Source of the DNA: Candidatus Enterousia sp.
GTDB taxonomy: Bacteria; Pseudomonadota; Alphaproteobacteria; Rs-D84
Length of the DNA: 64,000 nucleotides
Direction of reading: 5' to 3'
Assembly (NCBI GenBank): GCA_045613785.1
Contig: JAZLBQ010000026.1
Span: 32,001-96,000, forward strand
In this document: in pieces, positions 1-8,858 of the stretch
How the letters are laid out: the number at the start of each line of letters is the position of its first letter
How positions within the stretch are numbered: the stretch's first letter is position 1
Program-made: the position numbers and the translations under genes
Notes under the pieces: model-generated
Told to the model about the DNA's origin: nothing
Databases searched by the model: none
What the model saw: the letters and a program-made list of their open reading frames with translations, nothing else

Positions 1-871
1 CTATATTAAAAGCCGCCACAATAACAATCAGCAACAAGATTAAAAACATAACATTTGATTCGACCTGCAACGCCCCAACAAACCCACGATTTAAATCACG
101 CCAATCACGGACAACAAATCCTTCGGGCAATAACCTTGCCAAACTTTCCACAACGACTGTTGTATCTTCTGGGTCTTCCAAGAAAACATCAATATGTGTT
201 ACACTATTTCCGATATTTAGATACTTTTGTGCAGTTTCCAGCGGCATAAAGATATACCCAGAATCATATTCATACATACCCATAAAGAAAGAACTCATCA
301 CCGGATAAGACATAATTCGTGGCATTGACCCAAAAGGTGTTGGTGTTGCTGCATTTGCCGATACCAATGAAATTTTATCCCCCATCGTGACACGCAACGC
401 ACGTGTAAGCGACGCCCCTGCAACCAATTCACCATCAGATATAGCAGACAAATCCTTACCATAAATACGTGTTCCATTTTGTGTTTTTTTTGCCAAATCA
501 GACATACGAATACCACGAATCATTGCCCCTGTGTTATTACCATTGGCTGTGGCCATAACCTGCCCTTCTGCGATTGGCACGATACCGGTTGCCCGTTGTT
601 CAACAACCTTGTTTTGTTTAATTTTGTCGATTAGGAAATCAAAGTCAGCAATTGCACCATCTTGATGATAGACAACGACATGTCCGTTCATTCCCACGAT
701 ACGCCCTAACAGAGTCTCGTGAAAACCACCCATTACAGACATCACAACAATCAAGGTCGCAACACCTAACATGATACCAATCAGCGACACCCAGGAAATC
801 ACAGAACCGAATCCCCGTTTTTTTGCCCCCAAATATCTAAAAGCGATTTTTCTTTCCAGTTTTGAAAACAT
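1..871 (-). CDS. lolE: Lipoprotein-releasing ABC transporter permease LolC/E (3' end outside the window)
   Basis: Not in the ORF track. Hand translation from ATG at 871 gives MFSKLERKIAFRYLGAKKRGFGSVISWVSLIGIMLGVATLIVVMSVMGGF, the LolC/E N-terminal signature. Confidence 0.9.
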   Translation of the reverse strand, partial: MFSKLERKIAFRYLGAKKRGFGSVISWVSLIGIMLGVATLIVVMSVMGGFHETLLGRIVGMNGHVVVYHQDGAIADFDFLIDKIKQNKVVEQRATGIVPIAEGQVMATANGNNTGAMIRGIRMSDLAKKTQNGTRIYGKDLSAISDGELVAGASLTRALRVTMGDKISLVSANAATPTPFGSMPRIMSYPVMSSFFMGMYEYDSGYIFMPLETAQKYLNIGNSVTHIDVFLEDPEDTTVVVESLARLLPEGFVVRDWRDLNRGFVGALQVESNVMFLILLLIVIVAAFNI

Positions 872-883
872 CAGTTTTTATCC

Positions 884-2206
884 TTATTCACTCAAAAAAT
901 CACGCAACGCATCACCAATCAGTTCATTTGCCTGTCCAATTTGAGCAGGTCCATCAACAATTGAAATCACACGTGGCGACATAAAGACAACCAGTTCTGC
1001 AAAAGGCGACACCAATGTTTCAGGTGTTGTCACAAACGAATGCGTTGGAATACCGATAATCACATAGTTATCCCCAACACTTGTTGGCAAATTGAATGAG
1101 CTCAATTCTCCCTGACTTGTTCGCAACACGATTTTTGCATCAATCTTATCACGACCACCAAAGTCCCCATATTTTCCGGTTGCCCCAACAATTAAATCTG
1201 TTTCCAATCGTTCTTCACGACCACATTGTCCGATATCAAATCTTGATTGCCAACCATTTGGTATAGCAAACGTTCCTTGAGAAATTAAAACAACATTTGC
1301 CTGTTGTGCTAAAAATTCCTGCAAAGTTTTTGTATTGATTTCAGGACCTACGACCAACGCACGTCCAACGACACCTGGCACAGACATTTTAATATTCTTT
1401 TCACCGAACGCTGGCAATAAATTCATCCAAACAATTGGGTTATCTGTTCGTGGATAGACACGATAAACATCGATATCCCACGCCAACATATATTTCTTTC
1501 CAGAAACATCTGCGATAATCCTTGCGACCTCACGTTCAGTCTGATAATTTCCTTCAAAGACCAACGTTTTATCTTGCCAATCAACAATTAGATTACGCAT
1601 ATCTGCACCATGCATTGCGTCCAGCAACGCCATAATAATCGTTTCATCTTGTGGCATTTTAATCAGCCACTTTCCACGATGCATCAAATGCAATTCGCCA
1701 TTTTGTGCATCATAGGAATAATAAGCACGTCCCATTTTTGCCATCAATTCAACAGCATCAGACAACGCCCCCGATGAAATAGTCCCTGAAATTTTTTCAA
1801 ATAACTGTTCATCTTCTACAACTGCAATATCTGTTCCGTCCAGCAATTTATCCAACGCCCGTTTAACAGTCAAATCCTTGAATTCATAGTCTGAAACTTT
1901 CAACTCTGGCAGTTCATCACCCACCCCCAGACGTATCATTTCAATTTTTTCAGCAGGCACAACCGAAACCACACTTTGATTATTCCAATCAACTTCACAC
2001 CGCTTTGGCAGCTCTACCGAAAAGCGTCGTGCAGTATCTGTTGTCAAGGCTGCTTTTTTTGGAAAGATTGGCACAGAATTTTCATCGATTACCAACTCGT
2101 CAATAACAGTGATATTATCAATAATCTGCACAGGCTTGTCTTCTTGAACACAGGCCGCCATTGCGAAACAACAAATCACCCAAGATAATTTTTTTAATGC
2201 TCTCAT
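884..2206 (-). CDS. Secretin-like outer-membrane lipoprotein (type IVb pilus / T2SS secretin-like)
   Basis: Lipobox-like AMAAC; N-domain-like FKDLTVKRALDKLL...GALSDAVELMAK; secretin-type C-terminal ELVVFMSPRVI. ATG 2206 follows AAAGGA. Confidence 0.6.
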   Translation of the reverse strand: MRALKKLSWVICCFAMAACVQEDKPVQIIDNITVIDELVIDENSVPIFPKKAALTTDTARRFSVELPKRCEVDWNNQSVVSVVPAEKIEMIRLGVGDELPELKVSDYEFKDLTVKRALDKLLDGTDIAVVEDEQLFEKISGTISSGALSDAVELMAKMGRAYYSYDAQNGELHLMHRGKWLIKMPQDETIIMALLDAMHGADMRNLIVDWQDKTLVFEGNYQTEREVARIIADVSGKKYMLAWDIDVYRVYPRTDNPIVWMNLLPAFGEKNIKMSVPGVVGRALVVGPEINTKTLQEFLAQQANVVLISQGTFAIPNGWQSRFDIGQCGREERLETDLIVGATGKYGDFGGRDKIDAKIVLRTSQGELSSFNLPTSVGDNYVIIGIPTHSFVTTPETLVSPFAELVVFMSPRVISIVDGPAQIGQANELIGDALRDFLSE

Positions 2207-2232
2207 ACCCACTTCCTTTCGATTAGACCCTA

Positions 2233-2556
2233 TCAGATATTCATAACCCTTTCAAATTCTTCCAACGTCATTTCATGTATAGGCTTTTGCGTTGGTGTTA
2301 CTAAATCACGCACACGTTCAAATTGTGCTGCAAAGCGATTTATCAGCCCGACAATTTCTGGGGTCAGATTTTTATTCTGTGCAATCAAACGTCGTCCATA
2401 CTCTACAACATACTCTAACACATCAGCCATATAAAATCGCCCGACATAGTTTTCCATTGCAATCCCACCCTTTTGGACACAGATTGCAGACATCATCATT
2501 GCGGTCTGATTATAGTAATTTGCCAACTTGATAAACTGCTGAACAGTCACAGCCAT
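2233..2556 (-). CDS. Hypothetical protein
   Basis: ORF with GAAAGGA RBS before ATG 2556; no recognisable motif. Confidence 0.6.
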   Translation of the reverse strand: MAVTVQQFIKLANYYNQTAMMMSAICVQKGGIAMENYVGRFYMADVLEYVVEYGRRLIAQNKNLTPEIVGLINRFAAQFERVRDLVTPTQKPIHEMTLEEFERVMNI

Positions 2557-2632
2557 ACTATTGTCCTTTCTCTCTTTTTTTACATTATAAAAACTATTGC
2601 CCCCATAACGCAATTAAATTATAATATAAACC

Positions 2633-3019
2633 ATGAGAATAAAAATTCTAAGCATCTTTTTATGCATTGCTTTAACTTCATGTGCCTCTGTAAACCAAGG
2701 CAGTATTGACGACGCAACTGTTTTAAATTGGGAAAATGAAGCGGTTACTACCGAACAATTCGTCCGTGACCACAAATCATGCCTGGGAATAGACCGCCCG
2801 TCATACCAGCCACGCTCACGCATTGCGAAATTACTGGCCCCTAACCAGTCTGCAATGATGCCTGATTGGGACGGTCTGTGGGTAACCTTTCAATCAAACG
2901 AATATCGTGACGTTGGGCAACGCAGCCTGATGAGTGTCCCCCGCAACAGTTCATCACGCACCGTTGGTGCATACCGCCGTTGTATGTTCCGCCGTGGATA
3001 TTTATTACGTGCAATGTAA
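2633..3019 (+). CDS. Hypothetical lipoprotein
   Basis: Signal peptide with lipobox LTSC; followed by a terminator hairpin at 3027-3048. Confidence 0.7.
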   Translation: MRIKILSIFLCIALTSCASVNQGSIDDATVLNWENEAVTTEQFVRDHKSCLGIDRPSYQPRSRIAKLLAPNQSAMMPDWDGLWVTFQSNEYRDVGQRSLMSVPRNSSSRTVGAYRRCMFRRGYLLRAM

Positions 3020-3026
3020 AAAAAAC

Positions 3027-3048
3027 AATCCCGAACAGGGATTTTTTT
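3027..3048 (+). terminator. Intrinsic terminator
   Basis: AATCCC-gaaca-GGGATT followed by a T run. Confidence 0.65.
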
Positions 3049-3056
3049 ATTCTCAA

Positions 3057-3217
3057 AAACAAACGCAAAATAGATGATGAATTTCTGGTGCCCGCAGGGT
3101 GCCAGAAAATTATCAGATATTGCGTATTGTGCAAATTTTACGATGGGCGTGTATTGAACATACATAACCTGAGTAAAATTAAACAAACGCAAAATAGATG
3201 GTGAATTTCTGGTGCCC
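3057..3217. repeat. 37-bp direct repeat pair (3057-3093, 3181-3217) that includes the tRNA-Thr 3' end, enclosing hairpins
   Basis: AAACAAACGCAAAATAGATG(A/G)TGAATTTCTGGTGCCC occurs twice, 124 bp apart. Confidence 0.85.
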
Positions 3218-3283
3218 TAAGCAAGAATCGGACTTGCGACTCGTCCTTACCAAGGACGTGTTTTACCACTAGACTATTAGGGC
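3210..3283 (-). tRNA. tRNA-Thr(GGT)
   Basis: Reverse complement folds into a cloverleaf GCCCTAA...TTAGGGC-ACCA; anticodon arm CGTCC-TTGGTAA-GGACG; T-loop TCCGATT. Confidence 0.93.
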
Positions 3284-3300
3284 GACAAAACTTTTTTTCA

Positions 3301-3328
3301 ATTATACGAAGCCACAAGAAAAAATCAA
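3301..3328 (-). promoter_or_regulatory. Sigma70-type promoter of tRNA-Thr
   Basis: TTGATT-N16-TATAAT on the minus strand just upstream of the tRNA. Confidence 0.6.
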
Positions 3329-3356
3329 GGATAAAAAATAAAGAATCCTAAACGTT

Positions 3357-3560
3357 TAAATGAAATTAAATAGAATGATTTAGATGCGGACAGTGCCGTC
3401 CCCACAGTGTCCAGAAGCGACATAAGGGAACGGCCCGTTCGCAGATGAATTATCAACAAATAAATGAAATTAAATAGAATAGTTTAGATATGTGAAAATC
3501 CGTTGGCGTAATGTATTGAACATACATGAGCCAACGGATTTACGCATAGATGAATTATTA
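3357..3560. repeat. Two 104-bp-period palindromic units with a shared 29-bp leader
   Basis: TAAATGAAATTAAATAGAATRRTTTAGAT at 3357 and 3461, each followed by a different hairpin closing with GATGAATTAT. Confidence 0.8.
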
Positions 3561-3569
3561 TATTTAATT

Positions 3570-4127
3570 TTACTCGATACAACAGTTGACGGCATTCCTA
3601 ACCCAGTTCTTTAACTTGCCCATACCACTCTTTTTTTCAGCCTTTGCGGTTTCAGGTGGACATTCAGCAGTTTTTACTGATTCTGATTTTTTTGTTGCTT
3701 TGGCTTCTTTTTTTTCGCCGGTCAGCATCCCCATATTCAATCCCCAGAACATACAATACAATTCATAGGATTGATCAAACAAAGAATACGCAGTTTCTTT
3801 ATCCCCTGCAGCCAAGGCTTTAGTTCCAACTTCGAACACACGCATAGATGCCGCCAACAAGTGCTTTGAAATACACCAAACCTCACCTTCATAAGAAGGG
3901 ATAATTTTCAGCATTGCATTTTTACGCATTTCACGGACTTCGTTTATCAAGTCATAGAATTCTGTCTTGCCAGTTTTTGCACCTGAAAACATTAAATGTT
4001 CTTCGATAGAAATCAGGTTCATAATACCGATTGTCAAATCTTGGTCGCTAGACAAATCTTTTGGATTTACTTTTTTTGCGGCATCTAACTTTTCGACAAA
4101 TTCCTGAACAGATTCAATTTTTTTCAT
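3570..4127 (-). CDS. Uncharacterised helical protein with ExxH-like motif and C-terminal CCxE
   Basis: 185-aa ORF with NLISIEEHL, WCISKHLL and terminal NCCIE; AAAGGA RBS. Confidence 0.75.
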   Translation of the reverse strand: MKKIESVQEFVEKLDAAKKVNPKDLSSDQDLTIGIMNLISIEEHLMFSGAKTGKTEFYDLINEVREMRKNAMLKIIPSYEGEVWCISKHLLAASMRVFEVGTKALAAGDKETAYSLFDQSYELYCMFWGLNMGMLTGEKKEAKATKKSESVKTAECPPETAKAEKKSGMGKLKNWVRNAVNCCIE

Positions 4128-4144
4128 ACCTCAATCCTTTTAAT

Positions 4145-4642
4145 TTACATACAACCAATCATCAACCAACTAGCCAACAACAATGCTACAATAGGCAAAA
4201 CTACTTTTTCAAACGGAAAGTGAGCATGTCCACCATTTTTATTTTTCATCCACTGATATAATTTGCCTACCAAGACAAAAATCAATGCCCCACACAAAGT
4301 TCCAAACAACACAGGGTCCATAACGAACGCCCCACAAATTGTTACAGGGTTATATTCGACGACGCCCATATAAACGAACCCGATCATTGCAACAGACAAC
4401 AAAATCACGAATGCATCACGTCCACGGAAATGCCATTTTTTCTTGTCCATAAATTTCAAGGTCCAATACCCCAGCAAAGTCAACAATGCCCCAGCCCACA
4501 AACCAACAACTGCATCAGGCACGCCCAAGCGTCGTGCGATATCCAACCCTGCCCCAATGGCGATTGTGCAAACCGGGCACGCCGGATTAGCCAAAAGATT
4601 TCCTGGCATCAACGCAATCAAAGCCAACAAAAATTTACGCAT
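4145..4642 (-). CDS. Uncharacterised membrane protein with CxxC
   Basis: Signal peptide MRKFLLALIALMPGNLLA, then CPVC, 4-5 hydrophobic segments and HAHFPFEK. Start 4642 follows AAAGG. Confidence 0.75.
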   Translation of the reverse strand: MRKFLLALIALMPGNLLANPACPVCTIAIGAGLDIARRLGVPDAVVGLWAGALLTLLGYWTLKFMDKKKWHFRGRDAFVILLSVAMIGFVYMGVVEYNPVTICGAFVMDPVLFGTLCGALIFVLVGKLYQWMKNKNGGHAHFPFEKVVLPIVALLLASWLMIGCM

Positions 4643-4814
4643 AACCTTTCCTTTTACTGCTAAATCGTTAGCATTATACAAAATATATAAAAGATAAGTC
4701 AACCCCCACAAATCAAAAACCACCTTCTGCTTGCACCCCTGCATTTTTATGCTATAAACTCTATGTAAAGTTTTTTTATAAAAATATTCCTAAAAATTTG
4801 ATATAATTATAGTT

Positions 4815-5744
4815 ATGAGATATATCACTTTATTTTTTATAATATTTCCATTTGTCGCATCGGCGAATGCACTGCCGCTGGATGATGCATTGCGTGCCAC
4901 ATACACCGCATGCGTTGGTATTGATGATGAATTGACTGACCTGAAAACAATGGCCGGGATAAATACTGCAATTACATCTGTTGGAACGGCGGCCGGTGTT
5001 GGTGCAACGGTCACAGGGCTTGTAAAAGCCAACAAAGATAAACAAATTGAAGTAAAACTGGAAAAACTGCGCGAAATTGAACAAAAAAATCCAGACCTAC
5101 AATCCACAAATGCTGAATGGGATAATTTTGAATCCGGCCTGACAACAGAACTGGCCAATGCAAAAATAGAGGTTGAAAAATATCAGGCTGAAATTGAAAA
5201 ACTGAATAAGCAATCAAAAAAATTGGGTAATTGGCGGACAGGCCTGATGGCGGGCGCAACCGCAACCAATGTGGCTGGTGCAATTATTGCCGGCACAAAT
5301 AAAGTAGATGGCGACCTGAAAACGCAAATAGACAATTGTATCGGCAGTGTCAAAACCCTGCAAAATTCCATTATGCAGGCACGAATAAATGGCGAAGATG
5401 TGTCCGAGGCAGAAACAATCGCATCCGCATGCGTCGAATATGAATATGTCGATGTGTCCAAAATAAACAATCGTGCCAAGGGCGCAATGATTTCATCCTC
5501 CGTTGGTGCTGCGACTGGATTGGCCGGAACGATTACATCCGCCACAGCCAATTCAAACAAAATACGCAATGCCCAGGGTGATGCAGCACAACAAAAAGAA
5601 AAAAATCTGAATACTGCCTCAAATGTGTTGGCGGGCGCAACAACTGTGGCTTCGGCAACAGCAACTGTATTCAACGCGACACAGATATCCGCGATAAAAA
5701 AAGTAGCAAGTGTTGCCGAAAAATGTACGGGGGTATTGAAATGA
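4815..5744 (+). CDS. Secreted coiled-coil protein with Gly/Ala/Thr-rich hydrophobic helices and an internal duplication
   Basis: Signal peptide; four small-residue-rich helices separated by coiled coils; ATGA overlap with the next gene. Confidence 0.75.
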   Translation: MRYITLFFIIFPFVASANALPLDDALRATYTACVGIDDELTDLKTMAGINTAITSVGTAAGVGATVTGLVKANKDKQIEVKLEKLREIEQKNPDLQSTNAEWDNFESGLTTELANAKIEVEKYQAEIEKLNKQSKKLGNWRTGLMAGATATNVAGAIIAGTNKVDGDLKTQIDNCIGSVKTLQNSIMQARINGEDVSEAETIASACVEYEYVDVSKINNRAKGAMISSSVGAATGLAGTITSATANSNKIRNAQGDAAQQKEKNLNTASNVLAGATTVASATATVFNATQISAIKKVASVAEKCTGVLK

Positions 5745-8374
5745 AGAAAACCCTGATTGCATTTTTGTGTACATTTATTGCGTTACCTGCGGTGGCTGAT
5801 AATTATATCAAATTCAAGGCATCCGCAATCGAAGATACGATAAATACAATGGTGCCAGAATCACACCGCGCGTCCGCAGCAGACGAATATCAAAAACAGA
5901 TGGATTCAACCACCGGTAAAATATCTGTTATGGGTATTTACAAGGTTTGTGCAGCCGCCGGGTTCAATATAAATAACACAAATGGATATAACGGTTGTCG
6001 CCTGTTTATAAATACAATCGCAGAAAAATCTGGTTTTGGCTCTGGCAGCGCAACCCAACAAAATTGTGCAAACAAGTTCAATGGCATTTGGGCTTTATCC
6101 CCCGATGGCACAGAACAATGTGTTGGCAGAGACGGCCATAAATTGGTATATCACGCATCATGTGATGGTGCGGGTGACGGTTGTATACGGGATTTTTCAT
6201 CCCTGCAAACCCAGGAACCAAATGCACGCGAATTTATACAGGCATACGGACAACAAAAGAATCTGCAATTTACATGTTGGTATACATATGACAATCGTCG
6301 TGGCATAACCAGCCCACTGGGGCAAGATTACATAAAATGTAGTGCCGGTGGTAAATCATACGAATTTGAATTTGACGATTTGATTCAGGACCCAAGTAAA
6401 ACCGCGGTTGAATCTGAAAATACAGCCCTGTGTGAAATGTTTGGTGGTAAAATTGTAAAAAATCCAGACAGCAGTATTGAAAAACAATGGCAATCGTGCG
6501 AAGTATCAAGGGAAATTTGCAATGGCCCACTACATAATTTGGCAGTCAAAATCGGACACAATGTAATGTACCAGGGATACTGCCGCCTGTCACGCACAGT
6601 AACAGAAACATCGGTCGTTGGTCTGAAAACATTACCAGGTGTGGACAGTCGTATATTCTATAACACAGGCGCCCAAATGCGTGCCGGCATGGCCAAGGAA
6701 CAAACCGAAGAATATCTGCGCACAAAATTCCCAAATGAAACATATGTAAACTGTGACCCAAATCCAAAAATATTGAACGAAGGCTTTGGAATTGACCGGG
6801 ACTATGTCATGACCTGTACCGTTGGCAGTAAACAGGTTGATTTCATATTCCATGACCTGACCGAGGGGGCGGATTATAAAGCAGAATCTGGCGAAGCAAA
6901 AATGGCATGTGCAATTGTGTCCGAGCGTCTTAACGGACAAAACTGCCATGGTTTGGACCAAGCTGCATGTACAGACCTGGGCAACAAATTAAAGCAAATG
7001 GGGCGTCGTGGCACAGACTATAAACCCGAACAAGGTGGCTGTATATTACTAGACACACAAAACGAAGAACTGGTTAATCTGGGATTGGAAATTGCGGGCG
7101 GTGTTGCATTAACAGTCCTCACAGGTGGCTATGGCGCAATTGCTGTCGTTGCCTCAATTGCAACAGATATTGGCTTTGAACAACTGAATCAATTGCTACG
7201 CAAAATTCCCTATAACGACTATCTAGAGTTTATGGAACACGCCAATAAATGTAGCGACACCGACACCAGCATTGAAAATCAGTATTGCGCTGGGAATGTT
7301 CTGAATAAATATTTTGCATTAATTGCGGGCAGCATGGATAATCTGGCGCCTGAAATCCAGCAACGTGCAAGTGATAAATTACAATCCATGATGAGAATTC
7401 TTTCAGATCCCGAAATCCTAACAACGGTTGATTTGTCTCACATTTCGGTTCAAAAGCGATCACGAAACCTGGCTTCGTTTGGTGCACTGGGATTATTATG
7501 GCTGGCAAACCCTGATAAATGGGCAACCAAGGCCGATGATTTAATCCGCCAAGCCACAAAAATGGGAAAAACTATCAACAAAATTGATAATGTCGTTGAC
7601 GCTGCGCGTATGTTTGGACGCACCAATCTTGATGATATTGGTGTTTATTCCAAGGGGTGGAGTGCTTTTCCATTGGAAGGATACAATAAATTCAAAATAA
7701 AGGAAATAAGTTATCCAGGTGAAGCCGATGATGTACGTAGGGCCTTAGAATCTTCTGTGCCTAAAAAACCAAACCAAGCATTCTTAGGTGTAAAAGACGA
7801 CTATATTTACATAACATATGCAACAGATTTAGATCAGATGCGTCCTATATTCAACAGATATGTATCTGGTTCTAGTGTCGATAATGTTGCCGAAGCAACA
7901 ATAAAAATTCCAGCTGGAAAACAGGGGGCGGCAGATATTATCCACAGAAGCGGAAACTCGGATGGTCTTACCGGATGGGAACCTGTCGAGACAATCGGTG
8001 ATATAAAGACACCTACATATAACCAAGCTTACACATCGCCATCAAATACAAGCACAAGCAAAAGGTCTATTGTTGACGATTTGTTGGAGGAAAGACGCAA
8101 AGCACAACAGGTATCTGTTCAAACACCGCAAACAACAGCAACAACCCAAAAATCGTTCTTAGATATTGCACGTGAAGCCGATGAGGCGGGTCAAGCAAGA
8201 ATAGACGCATTTCGTGCAAAATACGACATGAGTACACAAGGCAGACTAAAATATACAAAAGAGCAATGGAAAGAAATTTTTGATAATGAAATCGGGTGGT
8301 CTGACCTAGAGGATACTTTCAGGGATGATTTTTTCCGTGATTATCAGTCTCTACTTGAACTAAATCGATACTAA
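5741..8374 (+). CDS. Large secreted Cys-rich protein with polymorphic-toxin-like architecture
   Basis: ATG 5741 starts signal peptide MKKTLIAFLCTFIALPAVA; repeated DYxxC...(E/D)FxFxDL module; central hydrophobic segment; compositionally distinct C-terminus. Confidence 0.75.
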   Translation: MKKTLIAFLCTFIALPAVADNYIKFKASAIEDTINTMVPESHRASAADEYQKQMDSTTGKISVMGIYKVCAAAGFNINNTNGYNGCRLFINTIAEKSGFGSGSATQQNCANKFNGIWALSPDGTEQCVGRDGHKLVYHASCDGAGDGCIRDFSSLQTQEPNAREFIQAYGQQKNLQFTCWYTYDNRRGITSPLGQDYIKCSAGGKSYEFEFDDLIQDPSKTAVESENTALCEMFGGKIVKNPDSSIEKQWQSCEVSREICNGPLHNLAVKIGHNVMYQGYCRLSRTVTETSVVGLKTLPGVDSRIFYNTGAQMRAGMAKEQTEEYLRTKFPNETYVNCDPNPKILNEGFGIDRDYVMTCTVGSKQVDFIFHDLTEGADYKAESGEAKMACAIVSERLNGQNCHGLDQAACTDLGNKLKQMGRRGTDYKPEQGGCILLDTQNEELVNLGLEIAGGVALTVLTGGYGAIAVVASIATDIGFEQLNQLLRKIPYNDYLEFMEHANKCSDTDTSIENQYCAGNVLNKYFALIAGSMDNLAPEIQQRASDKLQSMMRILSDPEILTTVDLSHISVQKRSRNLASFGALGLLWLANPDKWATKADDLIRQATKMGKTINKIDNVVDAARMFGRTNLDDIGVYSKGWSAFPLEGYNKFKIKEISYPGEADDVRRALESSVPKKPNQAFLGVKDDYIYITYATDLDQMRPIFNRYVSGSSVDNVAEATIKIPAGKQGAADIIHRSGNSDGLTGWEPVETIGDIKTPTYNQAYTSPSNTSTSKRSIVDDLLEERRKAQQVSVQTPQTTATTQKSFLDIAREADEAGQARIDAFRAKYDMSTQGRLKYTKEQWKEIFDNEIGWSDLEDTFRDDFFRDYQSLLELNRY

Positions 8375-8377
8375 TCC

Positions 8378-8399
8378 AATCGCCCCTGTGGCGGTTTTT
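8378..8399 (+). terminator. Intrinsic terminator
   Basis: AATCGCC-cctgt-GGCGGTT followed by T run. Confidence 0.55.
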
Positions 8400-8646
8400 G
8401 TTTAGTTGTATTTTGTATTATACCTTATCCCTTTGTAAACCTTTGTAATCTTTTGTAGCCTTTTGCCGCGACTTTCTGTTTGTTTCCCTTTATAATTCAT
8501 AGTGTAAAGCAAGCAAAAGGATTACGCATGTAAACATATTTTTCTATGTCCGAAATTATGTCTAGAATATGTAAAACAATCTGCGTAAAGTCGCGAAATC
8601 GGGAAAATTGGCACAAAATAAAAAATCCCGGAACACCGGGAAATTC

Positions 8647-8721
8647 TGGTAGCAGCGGAGGGATTCGGACCCCCGACCAAAGGATTATGATTCCTCTGCT
8701 CTACCACTGAGCTACGCTGCC
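8647..8721 (-). tRNA. tRNA-Met(CAT), elongator type
   Basis: Reverse complement GGCAGCGTAGCTCAGTGGTAGAGCAGAGGAATCATAATCCTT...ACCA; T-loop TCCGAAT; upstream TTGCAA-N16-TATAAT. Confidence 0.92.
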
Positions 8722-8858
8722 AAACGCCACAAATTATAACATTAAAATTTTAAATTGCAAGAAAAACAAATTATTGGATTTTATTCTTGTTTACAAACAT
8801 TATGTTTTTTAACAAAATTTGATTGAGCCCTTATCCCAACTGTGGTATTATGTCCGCT

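Noticed and set aside
3057-3560. CRISPR array
   Set aside because: Only two copies of each repeat, the intervening sequences are 75-87 bp hairpins, and there are no cas genes in the window.
5183-5674. 163-aa minus-strand ORF and many other 60-235-aa overlapping ORFs
   Set aside because: They lie antisense or out of frame within well-supported genes and have no independent motifs.
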